From Treponemataceae bacterium (GTDB taxonomy: Bacteria > Spirochaetota > Spirochaetia > Treponematales > Treponemataceae), in contig JAKSTU010000007.1 in NCBI GenBank assembly GCA_024402435.1, positions 2,819 through 66,818 on the forward strand: DNA of 64,000 nt, written 5' to 3'. Under the pieces are notes generated by a model, which saw only the letters and a list, made by a program, of their open reading frames with translations, did not search any database and had not been told where the DNA came from. Numbering within the stretch: position 1 is the stretch's first letter; each line of letters starts with the position of its first letter. Positions 52,674 through 61,921 of the stretch are shown here, one piece after another. Made by a program: the position numbers and the translations under genes.

Positions 52674-53669
52674 GTGAAGAATAAACTATGCATTTACGGA
52701 ATCGGGCGGGCTATGACAGACTGTTTTTTCATGGTAAGAGAAAATGCGCTTTTGCCTTCCGGAATGGAATGGAACGGATTTTCTCACAAGACAGGACCTG
52801 CTTTTGATGAAACTCTTGCTTTGCTGCGGAGTTTGTCCTTTGATTATTGCCGAAAAACCGGAGGATCGGCTGCAAATATTCTTAAAACTGCAGCCCATTT
52901 TGGTGCAGAATGTTTTTTTACCGGGTCTGTAGGAAATGCTTCTGGCGGGGGAAAACAGACGGGAAGCCGGGATGAAACGGCCATGTTTTTTCAGAAGTCG
53001 ATGGCCCAGTCAAAAGTGAATGCCCGTCTTTTTCTGTGTCCCGGCAATTCCGGGCGTTTTGCAACTGTAATCGGTGAAGACGGACGGCGCAGTTGTCTTG
53101 CAAACCCGGATGCTGCGGCCCGGATTTCTGCATCTTTTATAGAAGAATCGCGTATAGAACAAAGTGACTGCACTGTCATTGAAACTTTTGCTTTTTTGCC
53201 GCCGGAACAGGCTCCAGGTGAAGACAATCGTGCAACTTTGGGCGCCAGAATCAGTGAAATGTGCGCCCGGCATTCCAAGCCTCTTGTAATCAACGGCTCT
53301 TCCGTGTATGCAGCCGCAGCATTTGCTCCTGAACTTGCGGAACTTGCCGGGCGGAACAAAGTGTTTCTCTTTGCCAATGAATATGAAGATGCCGCAATGC
53401 GAAAGTTTGTGGCGCCGGAAGAACATGCTTTTCTGTATGTCAAAACAATGGCTTCAAAAGGGGCGGAATGTTGGACAGAGGGCGCTCATTACCATGTGGA
53501 CGCTGTTCCGCCGGCAGAAGGCATTCTGTGTGACGAAACCGGATGCGGTGATACATTTTGCGGGGCTTTTATTGCGGCCTATTTTGCCGGCACAAAACTG
53601 GAAGAGTGTCTGCAGATTGCAGCAGAAACGGCAACCCGATCATTGTGCGGACCGGGTTGCGCTTTTTAG
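52674..53669 (+). CDS. PfkB-family carbohydrate kinase
   Basis: C-terminal PfkB signature DETGCGDTFCGAFIAAYFAG. A GTG start at 52674 is chosen because the track ORF start (52581) runs through the terminator hairpin. Confidence 0.8.
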   Translation: MKNKLCIYGIGRAMTDCFFMVRENALLPSGMEWNGFSHKTGPAFDETLALLRSLSFDYCRKTGGSAANILKTAAHFGAECFFTGSVGNASGGGKQTGSRDETAMFFQKSMAQSKVNARLFLCPGNSGRFATVIGEDGRRSCLANPDAAARISASFIEESRIEQSDCTVIETFAFLPPEQAPGEDNRATLGARISEMCARHSKPLVINGSSVYAAAAFAPELAELAGRNKVFLFANEYEDAAMRKFVAPEEHAFLYVKTMASKGAECWTEGAHYHVDAVPPAEGILCDETGCGDTFCGAFIAAYFAGTKLEECLQIAAETATRSLCGPGCAF

Positions 53670-53682
53670 AATTGTTTCAGAA

Positions 53683-55077
53683 TCAGAACAACCAGTCAGG
53701 AACCCATTTGCGCTGGTTTTCAAGCATTGTGCGGAAAAGTTCGCGACACTGTGATTCTGTAATCATTTTTACTGCCGGGTCATTCCGGAATGCGCGGAAA
53801 ATCTCTTCCTTGTCCTGATTGAAGAAACCGTTGATGATTGTCTCGTGGTTATACACGTGACGCATTACAAGGCTTTCAACCGGGTAGGGCAGACGTCCGG
53901 CCTGAACGGGAGAAATTTCTCCGTCGCGGAATACGGCGTTTGTTTCAACAACAGCACCCAGCGGGATTCCTGCCATCTGACCTTTGTTGGGCAAGTTGAC
54001 GTTTGTAACCATTGTATCAAGACCAAGAAGAGTTTTGAGCATCTTTACGCCTTCTTCTCCAGAGGGTTTGATTTCAACTTTTTCTTCACCGGAGAACAGT
54101 TTCTTGCTCCGTTCACGGACATTCTTGTCGTTTTCTTTTCTCCAGCTTACGGGTGTAAGTTCAAAACCGTAACTCTGAGCCATTTCAGGGGACTGAAGGT
54201 ACCACTGGGGAACAAATTCTGCAAGGTGACGGTCACCGGCTGCAGCAATCAGGCCGAAACGGTTGAAAAGATCCATTTTGACCTGCTGTTTTGATACAAA
54301 AAAGTGGTTGAGATTTGTTTCCGGTACAGGACTTGTCCAACCTGTTTTCGCATATTTTCTGCAGAAATCAGCGTACATGGGCATGAGATCCTGACCGTGG
54401 TAAACGGCAGAGTCCAGCCAAGTAAAGTGGTTGATTCCCAAAACGTTTGTCTTGATGTCTGAACGTTTGATGTCTTTCTCGCCGGTGTATTCCATCACCA
54501 TTTCTGCCAGGATTTTCTGAGTTCCGAAAACTTCATGACAGCAGCCGAATGCACGGATTTCGGGGAAAACTTCGTACATTGTGCGGACACAGAGTGTCAT
54601 CGGGTTTGTGTAGTTGATTACCCATGCTTTTGGACAGCATTCCTTGATCTTTGCGGCAAGGTTTGCATAAATCGGCATTGTGCGCATTGCACGCATAAGT
54701 CCGCCGGGACCGGCTGTGTCACCTACAGACTGATAGATGCCGTATTTTTCCGGAGCATGAACATCGCTTTCCATTTCGTCAAAAGTGGCAGGAAGAATTG
54801 ATGCTATGACAAAGTCTGCACCTGTAAGGGCTTCTTCAAGAGTTGCTACGGCTTTGTACTTCCATTTTCCTACGGCTTCCGGACGGGCTGAAAGATCATT
54901 ACCGATTTTTTCGTTGATTTTGGCACGTTCAAAATCAATATCATAAAGATCGATGGATCCTGAAATCTGGGTTTCCGGAGCAAGGTCTGCCATCAGGCCC
55001 CAAGCCCAACCGCGTGATCCGCCGCCAACATAAGCAATTTTCAAGTCTGTGACTTTTCCGTCCTGATACTTCATCAT
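53683..55077 (-). CDS. glycoside hydrolase family 4 (LplD-like alpha-galacturonidase/alpha-glucosidase)
   Basis: KIAYVGGGSRGWAWGLMADL Rossmann start, YQSVGDTAGPGG, WVINYTNPM and GCCHEVFGTQK. Collinear with B. subtilis LplD as I recall it. Confidence 0.9.
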   Translation of the reverse strand: MMKYQDGKVTDLKIAYVGGGSRGWAWGLMADLAPETQISGSIDLYDIDFERAKINEKIGNDLSARPEAVGKWKYKAVATLEEALTGADFVIASILPATFDEMESDVHAPEKYGIYQSVGDTAGPGGLMRAMRTMPIYANLAAKIKECCPKAWVINYTNPMTLCVRTMYEVFPEIRAFGCCHEVFGTQKILAEMVMEYTGEKDIKRSDIKTNVLGINHFTWLDSAVYHGQDLMPMYADFCRKYAKTGWTSPVPETNLNHFFVSKQQVKMDLFNRFGLIAAAGDRHLAEFVPQWYLQSPEMAQSYGFELTPVSWRKENDKNVRERSKKLFSGEEKVEIKPSGEEGVKMLKTLLGLDTMVTNVNLPNKGQMAGIPLGAVVETNAVFRDGEISPVQAGRLPYPVESLVMRHVYNHETIINGFFNQDKEEIFRAFRNDPAVKMITESQCRELFRTMLENQRKWVPDWLF

Positions 55078-55281
55078 CTTCTCCTATTCCGATCTGACTT
55101 TTTTCGTCCGCGAAAACGGACTGTCAATAAGGGAGTCTCAAAAACTAAGGATTTTTGAGCATCAAAAAGTGTTTCAACATCTCTGTTTATAAATCACAGA
55201 AAACAGTTGGTCAAGCAGGAGAAATCAAGCAAATGACGCTATTGTGCTATACCCGATTTCTGCATGCTTTGTCAGATGTTT

Positions 55282-56217
55282 TCAGGCTTTGAAAAACTCC
55301 GTCATCTGGTTCAACACAATTTGCATGAGATTTGTGCGTGCTTCAATGCTTGCCCATGCAATATGGGGCGTAATCAGAAGTTTTTCGCTGTCTTTTATGC
55401 CGAGAAGCGGATTTTCGGGACTCATCGGTTCAACGCAGAGAACATCCAGTCCGGCGGCTGCAATTTCTCCTGAATTAAGTGCGTCTGTAAGATCCTGTTC
55501 CACAACGATGGGACCGCGCCCTACATTGAGGAAAATTGCGGAATTCTTCATTTTCCTGAAGGCAGCCGCATTCATCAGATTGCGGGTTTCATCGGTGAGG
55601 GGCGCATGAACTGAAACAACGTCAGATTCTGCAAGAAGTGTGTCAAAGTCAACACGCTGCCAGTCAGGCTGATTGTTTTTTCCGGAAGTAGAGTAGTAAA
55701 TCACTTTGCAGCCGAAACACTTTGCAATTTGTGCCACACGCTGACCGATGGCGCCCATGCCGATAATTCCCCAAGTTTTGCCGGCCAGCTGATGGAATTT
55801 GTGGGCAAAATGGGTAAAAATCACGTCGTTCACATAAGATCCGGTTTTTACGTAATTGTCATAGTAAGCAAGCTTTTCAAGCAGGAAAAAAAGCATTGCA
55901 AAAGTATGCTGCGCAACGCTTTCTGTGGAATAGCCGGACACATTGCGCCATGCAATTCCTTTTTTTTCAAGCCAGTCTTTGTCAAGGTTGTTTGTTCCTG
56001 TTGCCGTTACGCAGACAATTTTCAGATTTTTTGCTTTGCCGACAGTCCGTTCGCTGATTTCAACTTTGTTGACGACAATTGCATCAGCATCTGCCGTGCG
56101 CTCAAGAGTTTCTTCGGGAGAAGAAAAATCATATTTGGTAACTGTTCCCAGTTTGTCAAATCCGCTCAAGTCAATGTCGCTTCCGATTGATTTTGCATCA
56201 AGAAAAACAATTTTCAT
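55282..56217 (-). CDS. D-isomer-specific 2-hydroxyacid dehydrogenase (glycerate dehydrogenase-like)
   Basis: NAD-binding GIIGMGAIGQRVA, catalytic region FLNVGRGPIV and PHIAWAS. Confidence 0.9.
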   Translation of the reverse strand: MKIVFLDAKSIGSDIDLSGFDKLGTVTKYDFSSPEETLERTADADAIVVNKVEISERTVGKAKNLKIVCVTATGTNNLDKDWLEKKGIAWRNVSGYSTESVAQHTFAMLFFLLEKLAYYDNYVKTGSYVNDVIFTHFAHKFHQLAGKTWGIIGMGAIGQRVAQIAKCFGCKVIYYSTSGKNNQPDWQRVDFDTLLAESDVVSVHAPLTDETRNLMNAAAFRKMKNSAIFLNVGRGPIVVEQDLTDALNSGEIAAAGLDVLCVEPMSPENPLLGIKDSEKLLITPHIAWASIEARTNLMQIVLNQMTEFFKA

Positions 56218-56313
56218 AAAAACCTCCGATGTGGCCCCCGATTGAAAAAAATCCCCTGTGGTTCGGGTGCCTTACCAAAGGGGACTTTCAGAAAATGCAA
56301 TGTCCGGTTTTTC

Positions 56314-57066
56314 TCAGGAATGAGTGATTTCCCGAGCTTTTTCTTCAACTTTGCGTGCAAGTTCAGAAGGATCTGCAGCATTTTCAGCAATAATGCGCAC
56401 GAAAACGCTTCCTGCAACGACGGCTTCTACACTGCTTGCCAAAGCCTGCGACTGTTCTCCGTTGCTGATGCCGAACCCGCCGTAAACTTTGCTTCCGCCT
56501 GCACTGACTTTCTGCAGGAAACTGATTGTTTTTTCATCAACAGTCGTATTTACGCCGGTGATTCCTGTGCGAAGAGCAGCGTAAATATACGGAAAGCCTG
56601 CATTTGCAAGTTTTGCAAGGCGCTCATCGCTCATGCTTGGTGCTGCAACAGGAATATTGATCATTTCGTTTGCCTTGCATGCAGCGGTTAGTCCTTCGTC
56701 GTGGTCGAAAGGAAGATCTGGAATGATCATGCCTTTTACGCCGCAGTCAGCAGCTTTTTTGCAGAAGTTTTCTACACCCGGAGTATAGACCAATGAACCG
56801 TAGCTCATGATGTAAATTGGTGTGTCAGGGAATTCTGCGTGAAGTTTTGCGATAAAATCCAACCCGTTCTGTGTGCGGTATTTGCGCTCAAGAACAGTTG
56901 TACATGCAGCCTGAATTGCAGGGCCGTCTGCACTGGGATCGCTGAAAGGAAGCTGGATTTCGAGAATGTCTGCACCGCCGCGTACCAAAGCACGGGCTGC
57001 TTCCAAAGCAATATCGTCTGTCGGATAACCTGCAACCAGGTGACTCATCAGTTTTATTTTGTTCAT
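56314..57066 (-). CDS. trpA: tryptophan synthase alpha subunit
   Basis: AAGGAG-N8-ATG at 57066. MSHLVAGYPT, LEIQLPFSDPSADGP and GFGISNGEQ motifs. The track ORF start (TTG 57228) lies inside the upstream GIY-YIG remnant. Confidence 0.93.
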   Translation of the reverse strand: MNKIKLMSHLVAGYPTDDIALEAARALVRGGADILEIQLPFSDPSADGPAIQAACTTVLERKYRTQNGLDFIAKLHAEFPDTPIYIMSYGSLVYTPGVENFCKKAADCGVKGMIIPDLPFDHDEGLTAACKANEMINIPVAAPSMSDERLAKLANAGFPYIYAALRTGITGVNTTVDEKTISFLQKVSAGGSKVYGGFGISNGEQSQALASSVEAVVAGSVFVRIIAENAADPSELARKVEEKAREITHS

Positions 57067-57366
57067 ATGAGGGATCTCCTTCTTTTGTCTGCTTGATAAA
57101 GACAGGTCACTGAGGCTCTCGAAGTGACCTGATATCAATGCTTTTTTCTTTGTTCGATTCCAACCTTGAATTTGTTTTTCTCTTAAAAAAGCTTTCTCTA
57201 TATTTTCATATTCTTCACAGTAAACCAATTTTACAGGAAGCTTTTTTTTTGTAAAATTTGCACCTTCTCCTTTGTTATGTTCTTCAAGCCGTTTTTCCAG
57301 ATTGACTGTACTTCCTGTATAAAAACTGCCATCATTTCATTCCAAAATATATGTATAATAGTGCAT
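57067..57366 (-). pseudogene. GIY-YIG nuclease (UPF0213/YazA-like) gene interrupted by one in-frame TGA (codon 10) and lacking its own stop before trpA
   Basis: AGGAGA-N5-ATG at 57366. Translation is MHYYTYILE*NDGSFYTGSTVNLEKRLEEHNKGEGANFTKKKLPVKLVYCEEYENIEKAFLREKQIQGWNRTKKKALI... The TGA (57337-57339) sits where the family has Cys (YILEC.DGS). Confidence 0.8.
57106..57128. repeat. inverted copy of the 23-bp motif (GTCACTGAGGCTCTCGAAGTGAC) at the trpA-proximal edge of the GIY-YIG cassette
   Basis: The 15-nt core CTGAGGCTCTCGAAG is the exact reverse complement of CTTCGAGAGCCTCAG at 57379-57393 and 57402-57416. Confidence 0.85.
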
Positions 57367-57377
57367 ATTTCTCCTGC

Positions 57378-57423
57378 CCTTCGAGAGCCTCAGGGACCAC
57401 CCTTCGAGAGCCTCAGGGACCAC
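57378..57423. repeat. perfect tandem duplication of the 23-bp unit CCTTCGAGAGCCTCAGGGACCAC at the trpB-proximal edge of the GIY-YIG cassette
   Basis: Units at 57378-57400 and 57401-57423 are identical. The motif is related to the 23-bp units at 2185-2300 (CGCTCAGGATGAC...). Confidence 0.9.
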
Positions 57424-57433
57424 CCTCCACTGC

Positions 57434-58699
57434 TTATTTCATGATTTTTGAGCTGTGGATTTCTTTGTTGTCTTCCAGACGCTCAACTTCTGCCTTGAGG
57501 AATTCAATCCACTGTGATTTGCGGAACTCCGGACTTGTGATGAAAAGATCTTTGTCACCGCGACCGCTCATGTTGATTATTACAGCTTTCTCCGGAGGAA
57601 GTTCTTTTGCAATTTTCATGGCTGCAGCACCGGCATGAGCGCTTTCCATTGCAAAAAGCACGCCTTCGTTCTTTGCAAAGAAACCGACTGCTTCAAGTGC
57701 TTCTTTGTCCAAAACTGATGTGAACTCCACGCGTCCCCTTTGTCCGAGAGCGGCAAGCTGCGGTCCGATGCCCATGTAGTCAAGGCCGGCAGAAATTGAA
57801 CGGGTGGGAAGTGCCTGTCCGTCTTCGTCAAGGAGAAACCTTGATTTGTAACCCTGTACAATTCCTTCGCGGCTTGCATTTCCTGTCATGCGGCTTGCGT
57901 TTTCACCGACTCCGGGACCGATTCCGCCGGCTTCTGCACCGATAAGACGCGGTTCTGCTTTGTCAATGAACGGCGCAAAAAAACCGATTGAGTTTGAACC
58001 GCCGCCTACGCAGGCAACCATGGCACCGATATCAATATTGCGCTCTTTGCACTGGCGTTCCACTTCATACCCGATTACGCTCTGGAATTCACGCACAATG
58101 TCCGGGAACGGTGCAGGCCCGAGAGCGCTTCCCAAAACATAATGGGTTGTGTCCGGATTAGCGGCCCAGTCGCGCATTGCTTCGTTGACTGCATCTTTCA
58201 GAGTGCGGCTTCCGGATGTTACAGCCTGAACTTTTGCGCCATAAAGCTCCATTGTTGCAACGTTTGGCTGCTGGCGTTTTACGTCGATTTCGCCCATGTA
58301 AACAGTGCAGTCAAGTCCCAGTTTTGCACAGGCAGCAGCTGTTGCAAGTCCGTGCTGACCGGCTCCTGTCTCTGCAATGATGCGCTTTTTGCCCATTTTT
58401 TTTGCCAGAAGACATTGACCGATTGCATTGTTGATTTTGTGTGCACCTGTGTTTGCCAGACCTTCAAGTTTGATGTAAATCTGTGCACCGCCCAAAAGTT
58501 TTGTAGCAGTGGGTGCATAGTAAAGTGGTGTCTCACGACCGATGTAGTCCCGGCGGATTGTATTCAGTTCCTCAAGAAACTCCGGGTCTTTCATATATTT
58601 GTGGAATGCAACTTCAAGTTCATCCAGCGGACGGCGCAGAACTTCTGCAACGTATTTGCCGCCGTAGGTGTCAAAAAATCCCTCTGTGGAATATGCCAT
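57434..58699 (-). CDS. trpB: tryptophan synthase beta subunit
   Basis: YGGKYVAEVL, the PLP-Lys region LEGLANTGAHKINN, and GGGSNSIG. Confidence 0.95.
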   Translation of the reverse strand: MAYSTEGFFDTYGGKYVAEVLRRPLDELEVAFHKYMKDPEFLEELNTIRRDYIGRETPLYYAPTATKLLGGAQIYIKLEGLANTGAHKINNAIGQCLLAKKMGKKRIIAETGAGQHGLATAAACAKLGLDCTVYMGEIDVKRQQPNVATMELYGAKVQAVTSGSRTLKDAVNEAMRDWAANPDTTHYVLGSALGPAPFPDIVREFQSVIGYEVERQCKERNIDIGAMVACVGGGSNSIGFFAPFIDKAEPRLIGAEAGGIGPGVGENASRMTGNASREGIVQGYKSRFLLDEDGQALPTRSISAGLDYMGIGPQLAALGQRGRVEFTSVLDKEALEAVGFFAKNEGVLFAMESAHAGAAAMKIAKELPPEKAVIINMSGRGDKDLFITSPEFRKSQWIEFLKAEVERLEDNKEIHSSKIMK

Positions 58700-58727
58700 G
58701 TATTACTCCTATTAATAGAACCCTGCG

Positions 58728-60302
58728 TTAGCGGGTGATGCTGACTTTTCTTATTTCGGAAAACAGCGCTTTTATTTTGCTGTGATCTTTTTTCCCCGGT
58801 GAAATTTCAAGTCCGCTTGAAACATCAATCAGTTCCGGTTTGAAACGCTGAACAATTTCTGCCGCATTTGCAGGATTGATTCCGCCTGCAAGCCAAAGTC
58901 TTGTTTTTGCAGCAATTTTTTCTGCAAGAAGAGGATTGATGCAGACTCCGGTTCCTCCGTCAATTCCTTCTACATAAGAATCGGCAAGAATTCTGACGCT
59001 TCCGTTTGTCAGTTTTGAATCCAGTTCTGCAAGCTGTTCTTCTTTGCCCAGCCGCATTGCTTCGTAACCGGCCGCAATGTCTCCCCGGCAACCATGTAAC
59101 TGTATTGCATCAAGGACACCTTTGTCAAAAAGTTCGTATGCTTTCTGCGCTTCAGGGCTTTCCGGCATTGTGATTACACCGACCATGAGCGGTAAATCAG
59201 TTGAACCGTTTTTTGCACAGGCTTCAAGAACAGCTTCCCGGATTGCGGGAATTTTTTCAATGTCTGCATGACGGGCAAATTTTTCTTCCATGATGAAGCC
59301 CAGAATGTCAGCACCGTTTTCTGCCGCACAGATTCCGTCTTCTTCGTTCGTGATTCCGCAGATTTTGACCATGGGGCGGTATTCAGATTTGTCTATTCTG
59401 TTCAGCTTTGCAGCAATTTTTCCCCAGAAGTTGCGGATGTTGTTCTGACTTCTGTCTGCTTTTTCCGCATTGTCAACAAAAGCTTTTACATATTTGTCAG
59501 CGTTTTCCGGGTCTTTTGCCACAGCTTCACCGATGAGTATGCCGTTGAAGCCCAGGTTTGCAGTAAGGACAGCAGCCTGCGGATTGAGAACGCCGCTTTC
59601 TGAAATCACACGGATTCTGTCAGGGCGGGCTTCTTTCGGAACACTCTGGAATTTTGCTTCAATCATCTGCTTTATCCGCAGAGGAATCAGCATGTCAATT
59701 GTGAATGTCTTGAGATCACGGGCATTGATTCCGAGAACAACTTTGTCAGTGGATTTCATTTTTACTGCAAGAGTCAGTACGTCAAAGGCTTTTTCCACAG
59801 CTTCTTCATCCCTTAGTTCCAGAAGAACGGAAAGCCCAAGCTCAAAAGCTGTCTGTGCCATCTCGAGAAGCTTTTCTTTATCAAGAATGCGCGCAATAAG
59901 GAGAACCGCATCTGCCCCGCACTTGTATGCAATCCGGATTTCTTCAGGTTCAAGAAGAAAATCCTTCCGGAGAACTGCAACTTTGTCTCCGTTTTTGTGG
60001 ACAGTTTCAGCAACAGACATCAGATCTTCAAGAGTTCCTTTGAAGTAGTTTTCCTCAGTCAGAACAGAAATTGCACTGGTTCCCGCTTTTATATAATCTT
60101 CCGCAGTCGCCGCAGGATTCAGGTCCGGCGCAATATTGCCTTTGCTGGGGCTTGCACGTTTTACTTCAAGAATCGTTCCTGCTTTTGCAAGAAAAGGCAC
60201 TACAGGCCGGTTCCGTTCTTCAGGAATCTGATGCCCGTAGCTGAAGCCAAGTTTTTCAATGTCTGCAAGACGTCTGTCGCAGATTTCTTTAAGAATGTTC
60301 AT
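58728..60302 (-). CDS. trpCF: bifunctional indole-3-glycerol-phosphate synthase / phosphoribosylanthranilate isomerase
   Basis: The N-terminal half has IGPS motifs (ILEVKRASPSKG, LRKDF, LLELRDEE). The C-terminal half is PRAI (VKICGIT..., LWLAGGINPAN). Confidence 0.9.
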   Translation of the reverse strand: MNILKEICDRRLADIEKLGFSYGHQIPEERNRPVVPFLAKAGTILEVKRASPSKGNIAPDLNPAATAEDYIKAGTSAISVLTEENYFKGTLEDLMSVAETVHKNGDKVAVLRKDFLLEPEEIRIAYKCGADAVLLIARILDKEKLLEMAQTAFELGLSVLLELRDEEAVEKAFDVLTLAVKMKSTDKVVLGINARDLKTFTIDMLIPLRIKQMIEAKFQSVPKEARPDRIRVISESGVLNPQAAVLTANLGFNGILIGEAVAKDPENADKYVKAFVDNAEKADRSQNNIRNFWGKIAAKLNRIDKSEYRPMVKICGITNEEDGICAAENGADILGFIMEEKFARHADIEKIPAIREAVLEACAKNGSTDLPLMVGVITMPESPEAQKAYELFDKGVLDAIQLHGCRGDIAAGYEAMRLGKEEQLAELDSKLTNGSVRILADSYVEGIDGGTGVCINPLLAEKIAAKTRLWLAGGINPANAAEIVQRFKPELIDVSSGLEISPGKKDHSKIKALFSEIRKVSITR

Positions 60303-60304
60303 TG

Positions 60305-61903
60305 TTATTCCGCTTTTGATGTGGCAACGATTTCGTTCAGTTTTGCAAGAGCTTTTCCTGAATCAATTGATGCAATTGCCATGTCATAACCGTCTTTGAT
60401 TGTCTTTGCTTTGCCGCTCAGATAAAGAACAGCACCTGCATTAAGTCCTACTGCAGCTTTGATTGTCTTTCGACCTCCGCCGTTGAGAACTTCCAGAGCA
60501 AGAGCAGCATTGTCTGCGCCTGTACCGCCGAAAAGTTCTGTTTCATCAGCATCGGTAATGCCGAATTTTGCAGGATCAATCGTATATCTGTATTCTTTTC
60601 CGTCTTCGTTGATCTGGAAACAGTGGGTAACCGCACAGGGACTGATTTCATCGTAACCGTCTTCGCTGGTAATTACAAGAACCCGTTTTGCGCCCAGTTT
60701 TTTTGCGGCATGTGCGTATGTTTCAAGGAGATCTTTTGAATAAACACCCAGAACTTCGTATTCTGCGCTTGCAGGATTAAGAAGCGGGCCCATGATGTTC
60801 ATGATTGTCTTGATTCCCAAAGTTTTGCGTACGGGAGCAGCAAAACGCATTGCGCTGTGGTAAACTGTAGCCATAAGGAATCCGAAGCCTGTTTTCTGGA
60901 TCAGGCTGCAGGTTTTTGCCGGATCTGCCATAATGTTGATGCCCAGGTTTTCAAAAAAGTCTGCAGCCCCTGATTTTGATGAAACGGCTCTGTTTCCGTG
61001 TTTTGTTACAGTCTGTCCGCAGGAAGCACAAATGATTGCAGAAAGTGAACTGATGTTGAAAGAACCTTTTCCGTCACCTCCGGTACCTACGATTTCAGCA
61101 TGATTGTGGAATTCAGCGGGAAGCGGTTTTTTGACTTTGAGAAGTCCCTGTGCAAAACCTACGATTTCACTGACTGCAGGACCTTTTACTGCAAGGGCTG
61201 CAAGAACTGCTGAAGTAACACGCTCGTCCAATGTACCGTCTGCAAGGTTTTCCATGAAAAGGCAAGCCTGTTCTTCGGAAAGATCCTGCTTTGCAACGAT
61301 TGTATTGAGAATCTGTGCCACAGGAAGATTTTCTCTTCTGTAATTCAGGAAAGCTCTGAAAATGTCATCACCCTGCTGGCTTGCAATTGATTCGGGATGG
61401 AACTGAACGCCTTCAATCATCAGTGTCTTGTGGCGTACACCCATAATGTCTCCGTCTTTTGCACGGGCAGTAACTTCAAAATCGTCGGAAAGTGTGGATT
61501 CATCAATTACCAGTGAATGATAGCGTGTGAAAGAAGCTTTTTTCCCGATAATTCGGAAAAGTCCGCGTCCGTCAAGGTCCATTTCTTCAACAACACCGTG
61601 ACAAATCCGTTTGGCCTGAACAATTTTTGCTCCGAAAGCTTCTCCGATTGCCTGATGTCCGAGACAGACTCCCAGAATCGGGATTTTTCCGGCAAAGTAC
61701 TTGATTGCATCAATGCTGACTCCGGCTTCTGAAGGTGTTCCGGGACCGGGACTGATTACAAGCCGGGCAGGATTCATCTCTTCGATTTCCTGAACAGTTA
61801 TTTCTTTGGAACGGACAACTTTTACTTCGTCTCCGCTGAGACGCTGAAGTGCCTGAACCACGTTGTATGTAAATGAATCGTAATTGTCGATGACTAAAAT
61901 CAT
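60305..61903 (-). CDS. trpGD: bifunctional anthranilate synthase component II (glutamine amidotransferase) / anthranilate phosphoribosyltransferase
   Basis: N-terminus MILVIDNYDSFTYNVVQ..GVCLGHQ..FHPES (GATase-1). The C-terminal half has GTGGDGKGSFNIS and KHGNRAVSSKSG (TrpD). Confidence 0.92.
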   Translation of the reverse strand: MILVIDNYDSFTYNVVQALQRLSGDEVKVVRSKEITVQEIEEMNPARLVISPGPGTPSEAGVSIDAIKYFAGKIPILGVCLGHQAIGEAFGAKIVQAKRICHGVVEEMDLDGRGLFRIIGKKASFTRYHSLVIDESTLSDDFEVTARAKDGDIMGVRHKTLMIEGVQFHPESIASQQGDDIFRAFLNYRRENLPVAQILNTIVAKQDLSEEQACLFMENLADGTLDERVTSAVLAALAVKGPAVSEIVGFAQGLLKVKKPLPAEFHNHAEIVGTGGDGKGSFNISSLSAIICASCGQTVTKHGNRAVSSKSGAADFFENLGINIMADPAKTCSLIQKTGFGFLMATVYHSAMRFAAPVRKTLGIKTIMNIMGPLLNPASAEYEVLGVYSKDLLETYAHAAKKLGAKRVLVITSEDGYDEISPCAVTHCFQINEDGKEYRYTIDPAKFGITDADETELFGGTGADNAALALEVLNGGGRKTIKAAVGLNAGAVLYLSGKAKTIKDGYDMAIASIDSGKALAKLNEIVATSKAE

Positions 61904-61921
61904 TTTTTCCTCCGAATGTTT

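Noticed and set aside
56314-57228. The ORF-track call of a 304-aa TrpA with an N-terminal extension (a possible GIY-YIG-TrpA fusion).
   Set aside because: The extension starts at a TTG inside the GIY-YIG remnant. A strong AAGGAG RBS and ATG at 57066 give a normal-length TrpA beginning MNKIKLMSHLVAGYP. The in-frame continuity is better explained by loss of the cassette's stop codon.
57337-57339. In-frame TGA in the GIY-YIG ORF read as selenocysteine or as a reassigned codon.
   Set aside because: TGA is used as an ordinary stop by many genes in the window, for example at 13435-13437 and 14304-14306. I see no SECIS-like hairpin in the 40 nt downstream. The replaced Cys is not a redox or catalytic residue in this family. 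A nonsense mutation is the simplest reading.
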